Shown: positions 1-13,089, counted from the stretch's first letter. The stretch: DNA of 64,000 bases from Chiloscyllium plagiosum (GCF_004010195.1 NC_057759.1:990163-1054162), one strand, 5' to 3'. Notes: generated by a model from the sequence alone, not told the origin. Made by a program: numbers and translations.

Positions 1-700
1 TTTTTTTACATACTTCTGGGAGATCCCATAGTCAAACTTCTATGTACCTTGAAAATTTACTTCTCGTACTTTATTTTTACCCTCTTAAACAACATCATGG
101 ACCTTCTTTATTAAATTCTGTACTGCTCCTAAGTCCCACGCATGCTACTTTCTCTAGCATCTTTATATGGCTTCTCTTTGATGATAATACAATTATCAAT
201 TTATTTTATTAGCCATGGTTGGGCCAATATTCCTTTTGCGCTATTTCTTCCAAAACAAATGTATCGCTCTTACAATGTATGCATGCATTCCTATAATACT
301 AACCATTGCCTATCCACTGTTGCGCATACTAATGAAGTTACATAGTCTATTTTCGCCAACTCACATGCTTGTGATTTCCTTTTCTTGCATTTAGATCTTG
401 GTTTTGGATGGAAACACATTGGTTTCTACCCCAATGAACAATTATGTCATATCATGTCACCTTTCCCTAAGCACGTCCCATCACGAGATTTTTAATTAAA
501 CCCTCACCATTACAGAAACCCAATATAAGGTAATCTCTCCTGGTCTAAAACCCATCTTATGCACACTCCAGAAATTAATTGCCACATTATTATTACGTTT
601 GTGGATTGCCAGTCTCTATGTAAATTGAAATGATGATCACTGTGGCATCCTAGTTGTATGCATCTCTAATTTAGTATTATCTCCTACGTCATTAGTACTG
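1..700 (-). mobile_element. Old CR1-like LINE fragment
   Basis: Degenerate similarity to the ORF2 5' region of the CR1 copy at about 51.6-52.2 kb. Confidence 0.45.
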
Positions 701-1289
701 TTTGGAGATCATGAAGAACTTCACGATAGCATTTTGTCTCTCGTCGCTTCTTATCCGCATGCAGACTGATTCCATATCGAGATTTCCTGCTCCAATACCT
801 TCTTACACCATTGCATCAATTCCACCTTCACAACACTCCAGGCCACTCTCTGAAAAATTGTATGCAGCTTGATACGCTTGTTTGCTCTGCCTTTCTTTGC
901 TTTCTACTTTCCTATCTTTCATTTCCATCTGTGTTTCCCTGAATCCTGTCTCCCAGCTTTGTTTCCCATCTCCTTTCCACTCCAGTGTAAATCCTCTCCC
1001 ACAGTCTGTCGGAGTGTCCCTGCAAGCATGTTGATACTGTTGCTGCTGTGCAAACTATGTGTATTGTACACATCCAACCTTCACCTGAGTCAGTCCCAGC
1101 CCTGAAGAATCGAAACCCCTACCTCTATTCAATCCCTCTAAGCAAACATGCAGCTGGTCTATTCTCCTATTCCTTTGCTCAGAGATCAGGTATTTGTCGC
1201 TGGACTGAACGGTCTCTTTCCACGTGAAAAATTAAGTTCTTTCGAATATTTTTTTTCCAGAATGGTCTGCTGTGTGCGGCAACGACTTT

Positions 1290-2185
1290 AGGGATTGGAT
1301 GTCAATGAATTATAGCAAGGCATTCAGCAAGGCTCTTCATGATAGACTGTCTAAAATAGTTAGATCACATGCAATACGTAGAAAACTACCTATTTCGATA
1401 CAAAATTCGTTTGAAGATAGGAAACTGAGGGTGCTAATGGGTCTTGCTTTTCGGACTGGAGGCCTTTGACCAGCAGTGTAACACAGGAATCGAAGGTGGG
1501 TTCCGTGGTATTTCTGTCATTTATAGAAATGATTTTAATGAGAATACAGGAAGAAAGGTTATAAAGTTTGCAGATGACACCAAAATTGGTGGAGTTTGGA
1601 CAGTGAAGAATGTTATCACAGAGTACGATGGGACCCGGATCAGATGGGCCAAATAGTGACAATTTAATTCAGAAGAAAGTGATGTGTCACATGATGAAAA
1701 AGGTAAATCAGGGCAGAACTTATACGTTTAATGGTTAGAACGTGGGAAGTTTTGCCAAACAAACAGATCTTGGAGTGTAAGTTTATAGTTCCTTGGAGTT
1801 GGACAGGTTGTCCGGTAAGCAGGGTAATGAAGTCATTTAGTATGCCTGACTTTATTGGTCAGGTCAATGAATATAAAAGTTAGGAAGTGATGTTGTGTCT
1901 GGACAGGGCAACGTTTTGGGCACTTCTATGCAATTTTGTTCTCACTGCCAAAGAAAGGAAGTTGTGAAACTTGATACGGTTCAGAAAAGATTACAAGGAT
2001 GTTGCCATGTTCGGAGGGTATGAGCTAAATGGAGACGCTGAACTAGCTGGGCCGATTTTCCCTGGAACGTCGGAAGCTGAGGGCTAACTTTATAGAGGTT
2101 TTAAAATCATGATGGGCATGAATACGATAAAGAGACAACGCGCGTGGCAGAGAAATGGGCACAAGTTAAACGGGAAAGATTTGAA
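1290..2185 (+). mobile_element. CR1 LINE RT/3' fragment
   Basis: MNYSKAFSK and KFADDTKIGG motifs, plus CR1 3' sequence. Confidence 0.8.
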
Positions 2186-4901
2186 AAGGAAGCTCTAGTT
2201 CTGTGAAAGAGCGACTCGAGATAAAGCATTAATTCACAGCTCTCTTCACAGATGCTACTTGACCTGCTGAGCTTTCCCTGCTGAAATTTCGGTTTTTGTT
2301 TCTGAATTACAGCATCCTCAATTCTTTCGGTTTTTATTAATGGAGTGACAGCTTCTTCGGTACCTCTACGTCTCAACATTTATACGGGCATCACGGGAAA
2401 TTATAGAAGCACACACCTTCGGGAATCACTCTAAACCGGGAATACAAGGATACGTCCGACCGCTCCTTCAGAGGGAGAAAACATTGTACTTAATCATCCA
2501 TCAAATATATCTTCTATCAACGAGTGGGCGACATTCTGTGAGTTGCAGGATTGTCACCCACTCCTGACTAGAAAGTTGTGGATCATAGAAGCTGAATGAA
2601 ACTGTGATCCTAACAGCCACTGGCAGCACCGACCTCCACATGGCGTGAAGCTGCAGGTCGTGTTGAAAGAGGTGACACCGCTCCGTGACCAGTTCCTTGT
2701 TTTTTTTTCAGGGACCTTCGCACTCTGCTCCTGCGTTAAGTGCAGCTTGGAAAGCTGTTCTTGGAAGGCCTGGGGTGGTTATGGCAGATCGCTTTCCCCA
2801 CATGCAATCACTCCCTAGTTTCAGAGCTTCCTCTCTCTGCAGATTCTGCTGCATTTCTTGTTCGTGTTACAGACCCAGATGTTGTAACTACAATCCCCAT
2901 GCTCCATCCCGAGTTGGGAACCATATACTCCACTCGCCCAGGATGTCTCCATCAGCTCACAACACAACCTTCAGCAAACCATCCACAAACCTCCACTAAT
3001 CTTTTTAAAAACAGGAGTCAGTCAGAAGCCCCTCAACTTNNNNNNNNNNNNNNNNNNNNNNNNNNNNNNNNNNNNNNNNNNNNNNNNNNNNNNNNNNNNN
3101 NNNNNNNNNNNNNNNNNNNNNNNNNNNNNNNNNNNNNNNNNNNNNNNNNNNNNNNNNNNNNNNNNNNNNNNNNNNNNNNNNNNNNNNNNNNNNNNNNNNN
3201 NNNNNNNNNNNNNNNNNNNNNNNNNNNNNNNNNNNNNNNNNNNNNNNNNNNNNNNNNNNNNNNNNNNNNNNNNNNNNNNNNNNNNNNNNNNNNNNNNNNN
3301 NNNNNNNNNNNNNNNNNNNNNNNNNNNNNNNNNNNNNNNNNNNNNNNNNNNNNNNNNNNNNNNNNNNNNNNNNNNNNNNNNNNNNNNNNNNNNNNNNNNN
3401 NNNNNNNNNNNNNNNNNNNNNNNNNNNNNNNNNNNNNNNNNNNNNNNNNNNNNNNNNNNNNNNNNNNNNNNNNNNNNNNNNNNNNNNNNNNNNNNNNNNN
3501 NNNNNNNNNNNNNNNNNNNNNNNNNNNNNNNNNNNNNNNAGCTGAAGGGAAGGAAAGGTCAGTTGGGGTACCAGTAGCAGTGAGTCTCAGAGGAAAATGG
3601 GACTCACCAGCAGGCAGTTCAACGCCTACAAGTTAGAAATCTGGCGGGAAAGTGATACTGTCCCTACCTCTGAGCCAGGAGGGCAATGTTCTAGTCCCAC
3701 CTGCTCCTGTGTTGTGCCATATGGATATAGAAGCAGGAATGTGATGATGGAGTGGGACAGGACTTTGGTGAGCCCATTGTGTGCTGTTCCAACCTCTACA
3801 CTATCGTAAGGATATGATACACTGACAGGGTGCAGAGGAGATTCGCCAGGATGTTGTCTGGGATGGAGCATTTCTGTGATGAAGTGAGGCGGGATAATCG
3901 CGGCTTGCTTTCTTTGGAGCAGAGTAGACGGAGGCGGTTTTGATTTTGTTTCCATTTACTTATGGGACGGCAGTAACGTGGGTGGGCCCAGCATTTTTTT
4001 GCCCTGTCTCCAGTTGCTCTCCTGAGCCACCGTACTCCCAACTTCTGAAGGTTAACTCACAATTCACTTAGGGAGGGAATTCCAGCATTTTGACGCAGTG
4101 ACACTGAAGGAACAGTTGATGTATTTCCAAAGGATGTTGAGTGGTTCAGAGTGGAGTTCACAAGGGTTGGTCTTCCCTTCTGCTGCCCTTGTCCTTTTAG
4201 GTGGAATTGGCTGTGGATTTGGAAGGTGGTGTCTAAGGATATTTGCTCACTTTTTACAGTGCATCTTGTAGATGGTACGCACTGCAGCTACCAATTGGCA
4301 AGTATTTAACGTCAATGTCAGTGATGTTGTAATAATGTACGAAAGGGAACTGGAACATCAACACTAATATTGCCCCAATTTTGAAACTCACTTGTCTCTG
4401 GGCATTGGAAGTGGAATACGAAGCAGTGTGTAATCTACTCCATTGAGAAAGTATTGCCGGTTATTTTCCATTGTGCTTAAAGGCAGACACAAAATTGGCG
4501 GGGGGAGAGGGAGCGGAAAAGGAGGATGCAGAGATGCATCAGTGTGATTTCGACAAGTTGAATGAATGGATCAATGCACGACAGATTGAGGTGATTGTGG
4601 ATCAGCGTGAGATTTTCCAATTGAGAGCAAAAACAGGATGGTGAATTATTATCCGAATAGTGATGCATTGGGAAAGGCTGACGTGTAATAAGACTGGGTG
4701 CCCCTCATACAGCAGTCACTGCAAGTGAAAACACAGGAAGGATGTTCCTGATGAACAGGAGGGAGTACAGAATCAGGGCGTCACAGTCTGAAGGAGATGG
4801 AGTAGGACGGAGATGGGCATAATGTTTTCACATAGAGAGAGTGGGGAGTCTGTGGAGTTCTCTGTCACACAACGCATTCATGGCCAGAACACTGAATGTT
4901 T

Positions 4902-5213
4902 GATTAGATTAGATTACCTACAGTGTGGAAGTAGGTGCTTCGGCCCAACAGGTCCACACTAACCCTCCGAAGATAAACCCACCACTCTATATTTACCCCT
5001 AACTAATCCACCTAACACTGCGGGCAATTCAGCATGGCCAATTCACCTAACCTGCACATCTTTGGACTGTGGGAGGAAACCGGAGCACCCGGAGGAAACC
5101 CATGCAAACACAGGGAGAATGTGCAAACTCCACACAGACAGTTGCCTGAGGCGGGAATTGAACTAGGGTTCCTAGTGTTGTGAGGCAGCAGTGCTAAACA
5201 CTGAGCCACTGTG
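4902..5213 (-). mobile_element. HE1-like tRNA-derived SINE
   Basis: A box gtggctcagtg, B box-like gttcaattcc, core ...ccacagtccaaagatgtgcaggttagg, (aatct)n tail. Confidence 0.85.
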
Positions 5214-5378
5214 TTGTTCAGGAAGGTGCTGGATAGAGTTCTTAGGGGCTAAAGGGAGAAAATGGGGAACAGGAAACTGAGTTGCATGATGCTATTGAAC
5301 GGGGAGAGTAGGATGGAAGGGCTAAATGACCTACTCTCATAATAATCCACAGTTCATGTTTTACACTGTGGATGCAAA

Positions 5379-5479
5379 TTATAAATCTACCTGCACGTTC
5401 TGTGGCAATAGCCGTGGTCTATTTAGATATGAAATGTTACAACCCTTCTTCAAATCGGAGGAGAAAGCAATTCTGTTGC
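5379..5479 (-). pseudogene. Probable FCRL-like terminal cytoplasmic exon
   Basis: Strong acceptor ctttttctctttcattttcag, phase 1, NRIAFSSDLKKGCNISYLNRPRLLPQNVQVDL*. Confidence 0.5.
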
Positions 5480-6070
5480 CTGAAAATGAAAGAGAAAAAG
5501 ATGAGAAGGAACTCTTTGCAGGTATTAGCGATTCGATCTGGAACCTGGAGGGCTGATCAACACCAAAGACGGAGCTGCATCTTGTGAAATTGTAGTGTGC
5601 TTTTGTCATTTTTTTGAAAAAAATCAGTGCAATACTTTCTAAATTGTGTCCCTCTCAATCAATCCAGACATTTCAGAATATTGCATTTAGAAAAGTCGAA
5701 ACTGTTGAAACCCAGCAATTGGTATTCTGACCATTAAGTCGGTGTATCAGTTTTTACTATGCTTGTCAGTGCAACACCTTCGACAGGCCGCCTTAATCTC
5801 GTCAGCCTTTGCATCACTTGCTCAGTAGTTGTTCATTAAAGACAGGAGTGAACTATTCAGTTTCCATACATTTGGGTTTTAACTGCTGTATGCTGCTAGT
5901 TCAGTGTGATTCAGCTGGATGCATGGCTAGTTTTTGCAATGCGTTATATGCCAAACCTTGCCATCAACATGGTTGCAATTGCCACACCAGCTGAAGTTAC
6001 CCTGAGGCACTCTCGCCTTCTGAACCTCTCCTCTCTCATAATGCACAATGACCAGCAAATTAATTTTGAT

Positions 6071-6072
<2 letters not shown>

Positions 6073-6118
<46 letters not shown>
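6073..6118. repeat. (CA)n microsatellite running into gap
   Basis: Directly visible. Confidence 0.95.
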
Positions 6119-7086
6119 NNNNNNNNNNNNNNNNNNNNNNNNNNNNNNNNNNNNNNNNNNNNNNNNNNNNNNNNNNNNNNNNNNNNNNNNNNNNNNNNNN
6201 NNNNNNNNNNNNNNNNNNNNNNNNNNNNNNNNNNNNNNNNNNNNNNNNNNNNNNNNNNNNNNNNNNNNNNNNNNNNNNNNNNNNNNNNNNNNNNNNNNNN
6301 NNNNNNNNNNNNNNNNNNNNNNNNNNNNNNNNNNNNNNNNNNNNNNNNNNNNNNNNNNNNNNNNNNNNNNNNNNNNNNNNNNNNNNNNNNNNNNNNNNNN
6401 NNNNNNNNNNNNNNNNNNNNNNNNNNNNNNNNNNNNNNNNNNNNNNNNNNNNNNNNNNNNNNNNNNNNNNNNNNNNNNNNNNNNNNNNNNNNNNNNNNNN
6501 NNNNNNNNNNNNNNNNNNNNNNNNNNNNNNNNNNNNNNNNNNNNNNNNNNNNNNNNNNNNNNNNNNNNNNNNNNNNNNNNNNNNNNNNNNNNNNNNNNNN
6601 NNNNNNNNNNNNNNNNNNNNNNNNNNNNNNNNNNNNNNNNNNNNNNNNNNNNNNNNNNNNNNNNNNNNNNNNNNNNNNNNNNNNNNNNNNNNNNNNNNNN
6701 NNNNNNNNNNNNNNNNNNNNNNNNNNNNNNNNNNNNNNNNNNNNNNNNNNNNNNNNNNNNNNNNNNNNNNNNNNNNNNNNNNNNNNNNNNNNNNNNNNNN
6801 NNNNNNNNNNNNNNNNNNNNNNNNNNNNNNNNNNNNNNNNNNNNNNNNNNNNNNNNNNNNNNNNNNNNNNNNNNNNNNNNNNNNNNNNNNNNNNNNNNNN
6901 NNNNNNGGCTCTCTCTCTCTCTCTCTTTCTCGCACACACACACAGACACACACAGACACACACCTTCCCAGCAACTGAGATCGTGCCATTGTTGAAGCTT
7001 CAATGATTCTACACTCCCCCACCACCGACACCACCCCTACCATCCTATCTCACACGATCGTAGTTCTGAAGTAAAGAGATCTTTAC

Positions 7087-7146
7087 TGGACTCTTTTCTC
7101 TTCTTGGTGGTGACCTCTGAATAAACCAGATCCGCAGTGGTGTTTT
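7087..7146 (-). pseudogene. FCRL-like cytoplasmic exon 4 with ITIM LVYSEV
   Basis: Acceptor ttatttctttgtag, ENTTADLVYSEVTTKKRKES. The donor (A|gtaaag) is less certain. Confidence 0.75.
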
Positions 7147-8914
7147 CTACAAAGAAATAAAGTGCCAGAAGAAACATACATCAATCCGACAGCTTCACTA
7201 TAAAGGGCTAAATGATCCATAGATAAAATGGATAGATAGATAAGAGAGATTGATAGACAAATACATTTAGACTGAGATGATAGGAGCTTGATTAGGAAGA
7301 GGGATGAAGGTTAAACGGGAGAAGGGAGGAGAGTGAGGTTGAGGCACACATTAGCTCCAATTGAGGGGGAGTGGTGTCTTGATCGGCTGAATTGCCGAAT
7401 TATGCTCCTATATCTTATGGTCTCGTGATCTCATCTTGATAGATAGATTGATAAACATGCATACAGAGACATTACATGAGGAAACATTAAGTTAGCCACG
7501 ACCTCTCTAAAGTCTACTGTACCGGAAAAGTGCACCTCGTCATTATCAATTGCCTGGGTGCTCGTGTGTCTGAGGAATCAGATCTTTGCACATAATCGTT
7601 CGTTGTAAACAACCTCTGTTGGACTTCTCAACACCATAGAACTCCGCCCTCAGTTTCCAATGTTACTTGAGATAAAATAAGCATTAATAAGTCGAGCAAA
7701 ACACTCTAATGGAGTACCAATCACAGAATATTAACAGCAGTAGCCGTTTGGAAAAGAGATTGGTTGGAGATAAAGGTCTACAGCACAGAAAAAAAAGCCC
7801 ATTGAGTGTGTGCCAGTCAAAAACAAGCACCTCACTATTTTCTGATCCCACCTCCCCTGCTCTTGACCTGTAGGTTTAGCATCGCAAGTGCACATTTAAA
7901 TTCTTCTTCAATGAGGATTTCTGCCTCTCCCACCTTACAGGCAGTAGCTTCCAGACTTCCCACCACCCTCTGTTATTTCCTTGCCTCCCACTCTGAATCT
8001 AATCCTCCTTACTTCAATGTATGGTGGCCACGGTGATGCAGAAGGCATATGGCATGCGTGACTTCATCGGTCAGGGCATGATGTACAAGAGTTGGCAATT
8101 TATCTTGCAGCTATATAAAATCCTTGTTCGGCCACAATTGAAGAATTGTGTACTGTTTTGGTCGCCACACTACCAGAGGACGTGGAAGCTTTAGAGAGAG
8201 TGCAGAGGAAGGTTTTCACACAGAGAGTGGTAGGACTTTCCAGAAGAGGTGGTAGAAGCAGGCCCATTGGTGATGTTTAAGAGGCATCTGGATGGTTACA
8301 TAAATAGGAAGGGAACAGAGGGATATGGTTTTAAAAAGGCAAAAGGTTTGCTTTTCAGTTTAGTTAAGGCATGATGATCGGCACAGGCTTGGAGGGCTGA
8401 AGGGTCTTTTCCTATCCTGTATTTTTTCTTTTATTTGTTTTGTTTTTTTTTTCTTTTCATGGTCCCCATTGATCCCTCTATCGAGAGGGAAGTGTTTCAT
8501 CCTGTTTCTAAGTTCCTCATCATTTTATACATCTCAAACAAGAAGCCGGGATTGAAGGGTATGGCGGAGAAATCGGGGAACCAGGGACTGAGTTGGATGC
8601 TCACCCGTGATCCTATCAAACGGGCAGAGCAGGCTAGAAGGGCCAAATGGTCTATTCCTAGTTTCTAGGAGAACCGGAGGTTGAATTGATTAGTCAGCCA
8701 TGATTATAAAGAATAGCGGGGCAGGCTAGAAGGACTGAATAGCTTACTCCTGTTCACTACTTACTGCATTCTCCTTCAGCCTCCGCAGCTCCAAGGAAAT
8801 TGGTCTCATCCGAGCCCAACTGACTGCTCAAATGCTTATCCAGAATTTCTACCAGGTTACAGTGCACTGTCACTGTGTGGGGCTCTTTAATCACACCGAT
8901 GCAATGGCACTCAC

Positions 8915-8994
8915 CAGCAGTGTGCGCTGCTCCAACTACTGCATACTCCAGATTGCTGGCTGCTGCCCCTTCACCAGAAGGATGCGATCTAGTT
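8915..8994 (-). pseudogene. FCRL-like cytoplasmic exon 3 with ITIM LEYAVV
   Basis: 80 nt phase 2-1, ITRSHPSGEGAAASNLEYAVVGAAHTA. Pyrimidine tract plus tag acceptor, donor G|gtgagt. Confidence 0.8.
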
Positions 8995-9531
8995 CTAGTA
9001 GAAAGGGGAACAAAAAGAAGACATCATTTCGAACACAAAGCTTTCAAAACAATGTTCAACTGCCATAAAACTGCAAAGCTATCAAACAAACTACAAACCC
9101 CAGCGACACCTGGTATTGCATGGCCCGATGTCTCTGGTTTCCATCCGAACATGGAGTTTTCTAAACCCTGGAGGAGCTGCCCAGTTCTCCATCTTGTTTT
9201 CACTACAGTCCTTTAGGGAAGGTAATCCTCCGTCCTTACCTGGTCTGGGCCTACATGCGACTCCATACCCTGGTTAAATATTACTGCCCTCTGGGGCATT
9301 TAGCGATGGACAACAAATGCTGTCCTAGCCAGTGACAGTATCATCCCTGTGAATGAATGAAAGCTGTCTGGGATCTTCCTAGAATATAGTTTCCTGATTT
9401 GTCGATAATATGCATGTTAAAAAGATATCCAAGCTCCCTGTATGACTTCTTGATTTCTGTTATCTTTCCCTGACTGCGAGGAATCGGGATAAACAATGGC
9501 AAATATAAAAACTGTAGTTTAGGTCACTTAC

Positions 9532-9562
9532 ATCCTGGGCTGTGACACAGTAGACGAATTGC
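9532..9562 (-). pseudogene. FCRL-like cytoplasmic exon 2
   Basis: 31 nt, acceptor ttctctctttccctgcag, donor |gtaagt. Phase 1 in, phase 2 out, matching the next exon (GNSSTVSQPR). Confidence 0.7.
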
Positions 9563-9733
9563 CTGCAGGGAAAGAGAGAATATTCTCAGCATCATTTACA
9601 GTAGTGCTGCACTGTCACAGACAGGAGCTACCAAAGTGTTATCTCAGTCAGAAACAGGGATCGTACACATCATTAGATGATAGTTGTCAAACCTATCTTA
9701 ATGCATTAAACAGCTTAACATTAAACAGCTGCA

Positions 9734-10160
9734 TAGGGTTAGGGTGATGGGTAGGGTTAGGGTGAGGGTTAGGATTATGATAACGTTTAAGGTTAGTGTT
9801 AGGTTGAGGGCTGCGGTTAGAGTAATGTTAAGAGTTAGGTTTAAGGTTAGAGTTACGGTTAGGTTTATGGTTTGGATTAAGGTTAAGTTTAGTTAAGGTT
9901 AGAAGCAGGGTTAGGTTTAAGGTTAGGACTAGGGTTAGAGTTAGGGTTAGGATCAGCCTTAGCTGTATCGTTAGGGCCCATGTTAGAATTAGGGCTAAGG
10001 TTGTGATTGAGTTACGTTTAAATTTAAAGCTCAGAATTTGCGTTAAGGATGGGTTTGAGTTTATGGTTAAGTTTAGTTTTAGGGTAAGGGTTAAGGTTCA
10101 GCTAGGTTAGAATTTAGGGTTCGGCTGCGGGCTAGGGTTCAGCTTATGTATCAGGTTAGG
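9734..10160 (+). repeat. Degenerate (TTAGGG)n interstitial telomere-like tract
   Basis: About 430 bp of hexamer-phased ttaggg/ttaagg/ttagag/tgaggg variants. Confidence 0.8.
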
Positions 10161-10404
10161 TCAGCCTGCCCAATGGATACTGAATAATTTTAAGTAAGAA
10201 ATAAACATTGTTTAAACGAGTCACAGTTTCAAGAGAGTGAAGCAGGAAAGTGAAGTTGATCCAGATGGATTGCATTAAATAACAGAGCAAAATCCTGAGG
10301 GGCTGAATGGGCTCTTTCTGCTCCTAGCACTCATGGTCTTACGTCTCTCCTCCTCTCTCAGGTGCTCTGACACAGTGTGGTGGAGTGTGGTGGGTCACAG
10401 TTAC

Positions 10405-10512
10405 CTGATCCAGCAGGCTAACTTTGTGAGTGCTCTCCCTCCCGACTGTCAGGAACACGGTCTACTTTAGTTCCCGACCCATCACCTCCTTCCCCCGGCT
10501 TCCCACATTCAG
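10405..10512 (-). pseudogene. FCRL-like cytoplasmic exon 1
   Basis: 108 nt phase 1-1, AECGKPGEGGDGSGTKVDRVPDSREGEHSQS*PAGS. TAG at 10418-10420, acceptor tttacag, donor G|gtaact. Confidence 0.6.
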
Positions 10513-10590
10513 CTGTAAAGTTACATTCTGGCGGGGATGGCAGTGTCATGGTGTGGGGATGTGGAACATATCCCATGGGATGTTACAGAC

Positions 10591-10689
10591 CTGTGGAGCT
10601 TCGGTGGATGTAGTACCACAACAAAATCATACTAGCCAACAGCAGACCTGGGAGGAGCGACACCACGATTTCCTTGGAATAATTCTGAG
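10591..10689 (-). pseudogene. FCRL-like transmembrane exon
   Basis: 99 nt phase 1-1, AQNYSKEIVVSLLPGLLLASMILLWYYIHRSST. Uncharged hydrophobic stretch followed by HR. Confidence 0.8.
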
Positions 10690-11523
10690 CTGGAACCCAA
10701 CACGAATATTCAGCTCACGTTAACAAATTCACCATGAAATGTTATCACATCACCCCTGTGTGAGGTACACAGTTAACATCGGATTGACCAATCCCCACAG
10801 ATATGGAACTCCTTGCCACCATGGAGGCATAGAGAGTCTCACAGTGTGGGAGAATCCGGCCCATTGAGCTATCTACACCAATCCCACTTTTCCACACTAA
10901 CCCCCAACAGCCTTCAGTGTTATGACACATCAAGTGCTCATCCAAGTACTTTGCAAAGGAAACAGTTACCCTGCCAGGCAACATGTTCCAACCCCCAACA
11001 CTCCTTGGGTGAAACAATTCTCAAATTCCCGCTTTATACCTCCCGTCCTTCACTTTGAAATGACCACCACCACCCCCCCAATCCCAGCACTTGTTGCAGA
11101 CACTTTGACTATGGGAACACCTGCTTCCTACTCCCCAGTCCTTCCTCTCACAATCTTACACATCTCAATTGGGTTCCCCTCTCAGCATTTATTGTTCCAT
11201 TGAAAATATCATAAGATTATCCAGCCTCCCTCTCCTCCTCCCTAAAATCCAGGGAAAATCGTGATATATCTCTTTTGCATACTGCCCTCTCCATGGGGCG
11301 TGCAATTCCAGGTTATTATTGCATTCAAATTCCACTATCTTGTATGGGCAGGATCCCAGGAACATCACGCACCATCACGTTGGATCAATAGCCTATTACA
11401 ATACCACCCAGCTATCACCTCACCAACTGAGATGGTTAACAGTGTCTGATTGGCACAGATTGGATGGAGCGAAAAGGCCGTTCTCTCTGCTCTGTCTATG
11501 TTCGATCCGAGTGCCACTGTTAC

Positions 11524-11826
11524 CTCCCAGTGTGAATTCGATGTAGTCGCTCGTCATATTAAAAATTGTGTTGTTGGTTCCTTTGTTGATTGCTGCACAA
11601 TGATACCTCCCGAGATGGTTTCTCTAGAATGAATGAATAGCCAGCTCACCACCATCGGCAGTCACATGGTAACCTGCACTGCTATTTCTTAGCAGCACGT
11701 TGTCATGGTACCAAAGGAACAGGGGCTCAGTGCCTTCCCTCACCCGACACCAAGGAACAAGGTGATCCCCGGAATGTATCTCAGTTCCGTTAATGAAGTA
11801 AATCAGCACAGCATCTGTGACGGGAA
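11524..11826 (-). pseudogene. FCRL-like Ig domain exon 6 (membrane-proximal)
   Basis: 303 nt, VPVTDAVL...WCRVREGTEPLFLWYHD...LAIHSF*RNHLGRYHCAAIN...SDYIEFTLG. TAG at 11624-11626, donor G|gtaaca. Confidence 0.88.
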
Positions 11827-12811
11827 CTGAGGAGAAAACACACCGTGATCAAAAAGCATGGAGTTTGCCCATTGATTCAGATCGTCAGTGAGAATCAGTT
11901 TGACACAATGATTTTAAAAGAGAGTTAGGGAATTACTTATATTCAAAAGCTAATGTAATGGGTGGATGTTATTAAACTAGAGAGAATACCGAAGAAATTT
12001 ACAAGGATGCTGCAAGGATTCAAAACTGAGAGTTTTCGGGAGAGGCTGGGTAAGCTAAGCCCTTTTCCTTTTAAGCGTAGTAGACTGAGGGGACATCTCA
12101 AAGAAGTTTAAACAATTATGAGAGGCATGGTTGGGGTGAATGCACTCAGTCTGTTCCCCAGTGTTTTGGAGCCGAGGCTAGAGGGCATCAGATTAAGGTT
12201 TGACGGGAATGAATAAAAGGGAAAACTGAAGAACAACTCTTTTACACACGGGGTGGTACGCATATGGAATGAGCTGCCAGTGAAAGTGGTTGAAGAGGAG
12301 ACATCAAACAATATTTAAAAGTCGTTTGGGCAAGTACATGGATAGGAGTGGTTTGGAAGGATATTGGACCAAGTGCAAGGACATTGGGTTAGCGTGAATG
12401 GACAATTTGGTAGGCATGGACCAATTTGAGCAGAAGGGCCTGTTTTCCTGCCATAGGACTCTATGATTCTGATGTCGAAGGCTGTGCTGCTTTTGTTTTG
12501 AGAAGTGTGATGCTGGAAAAGCATAGTTGACATTTCGAGCATAAGTTCTTCATCACATTCCTGATGAAGAGCTTATGCCCGAAACATCGACTCTCCTGCT
12601 GCACGGACTTTTCCTAACCAGCTGTGCTTTTTCAGCATCATACCTTTTGACTCTGAGCTCCAGCATCTGCAGTCCTCTCTCTATGGTTGTGTTGCTTTAG
12701 TCAAAAGTGTGGTTTTTAAGGACGAAGCACCGGCTTTGCTTTGGTCTCAGCAGAGTATTTCCTGTGCTGATGGTTCATTTACTCTTTGGGAGAGAGTCCT
12801 TGTGAACTCAC

Positions 12812-13089
12812 CCATCACTGTGATCTCCATGACTGCGCTGTGCTGAGGGCCTGTCACCTCATTTCTCACTGACCAGTGGTAAAGCCCTTCGTCTCTCCTG
12901 CTGATAGGCCCAATGTTGTAAACAAACTCAGTGCTCTTGGAAAGCTCCCGGTACAGTTTCACACTTGAGCTGTTGTAGAATTGGTAATAAATAGGCAGTG
13001 AACCATTGAACAGACTAAGGGTCCTGTGTCTCCTTCAATTAGATCCTTTCCGGGTAGAATTGTTAGTTCCGGTTTTGGCACTGGAATTC
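12812..13089 (-). pseudogene. FCRL-like Ig domain exon 5
   Basis: 278 nt (frameshifted): RIPVPKPELTI...EGDTGPLVCS / NGSLPIYYQFY...DEGLYHWSVRN...SAVMEITVM. The F-strand Cys position is Trp (12873-12875). Donor G|gtgagt. Confidence 0.85.

Noticed and set aside
2430..2645. Possible minus-strand exon (tctccctctgaag...gaag|gtgtgt) and short ORF MWRSVLPVAV...
   Set aside because: No recognisable protein similarity and no phase-consistent partner exons.
2740..7043. Long ORFs in the track (298-366 aa), and similar ones at 26.2, 37.4, 46.1 and 52.2 kb
   Set aside because: They are open only because they span N gaps and microsatellites.
9340..9473. Candidate extra cytoplasmic exon containing SYREL
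   Set aside because: No good donor, not an ITIM consensus, and the flanking exons already join in phase.
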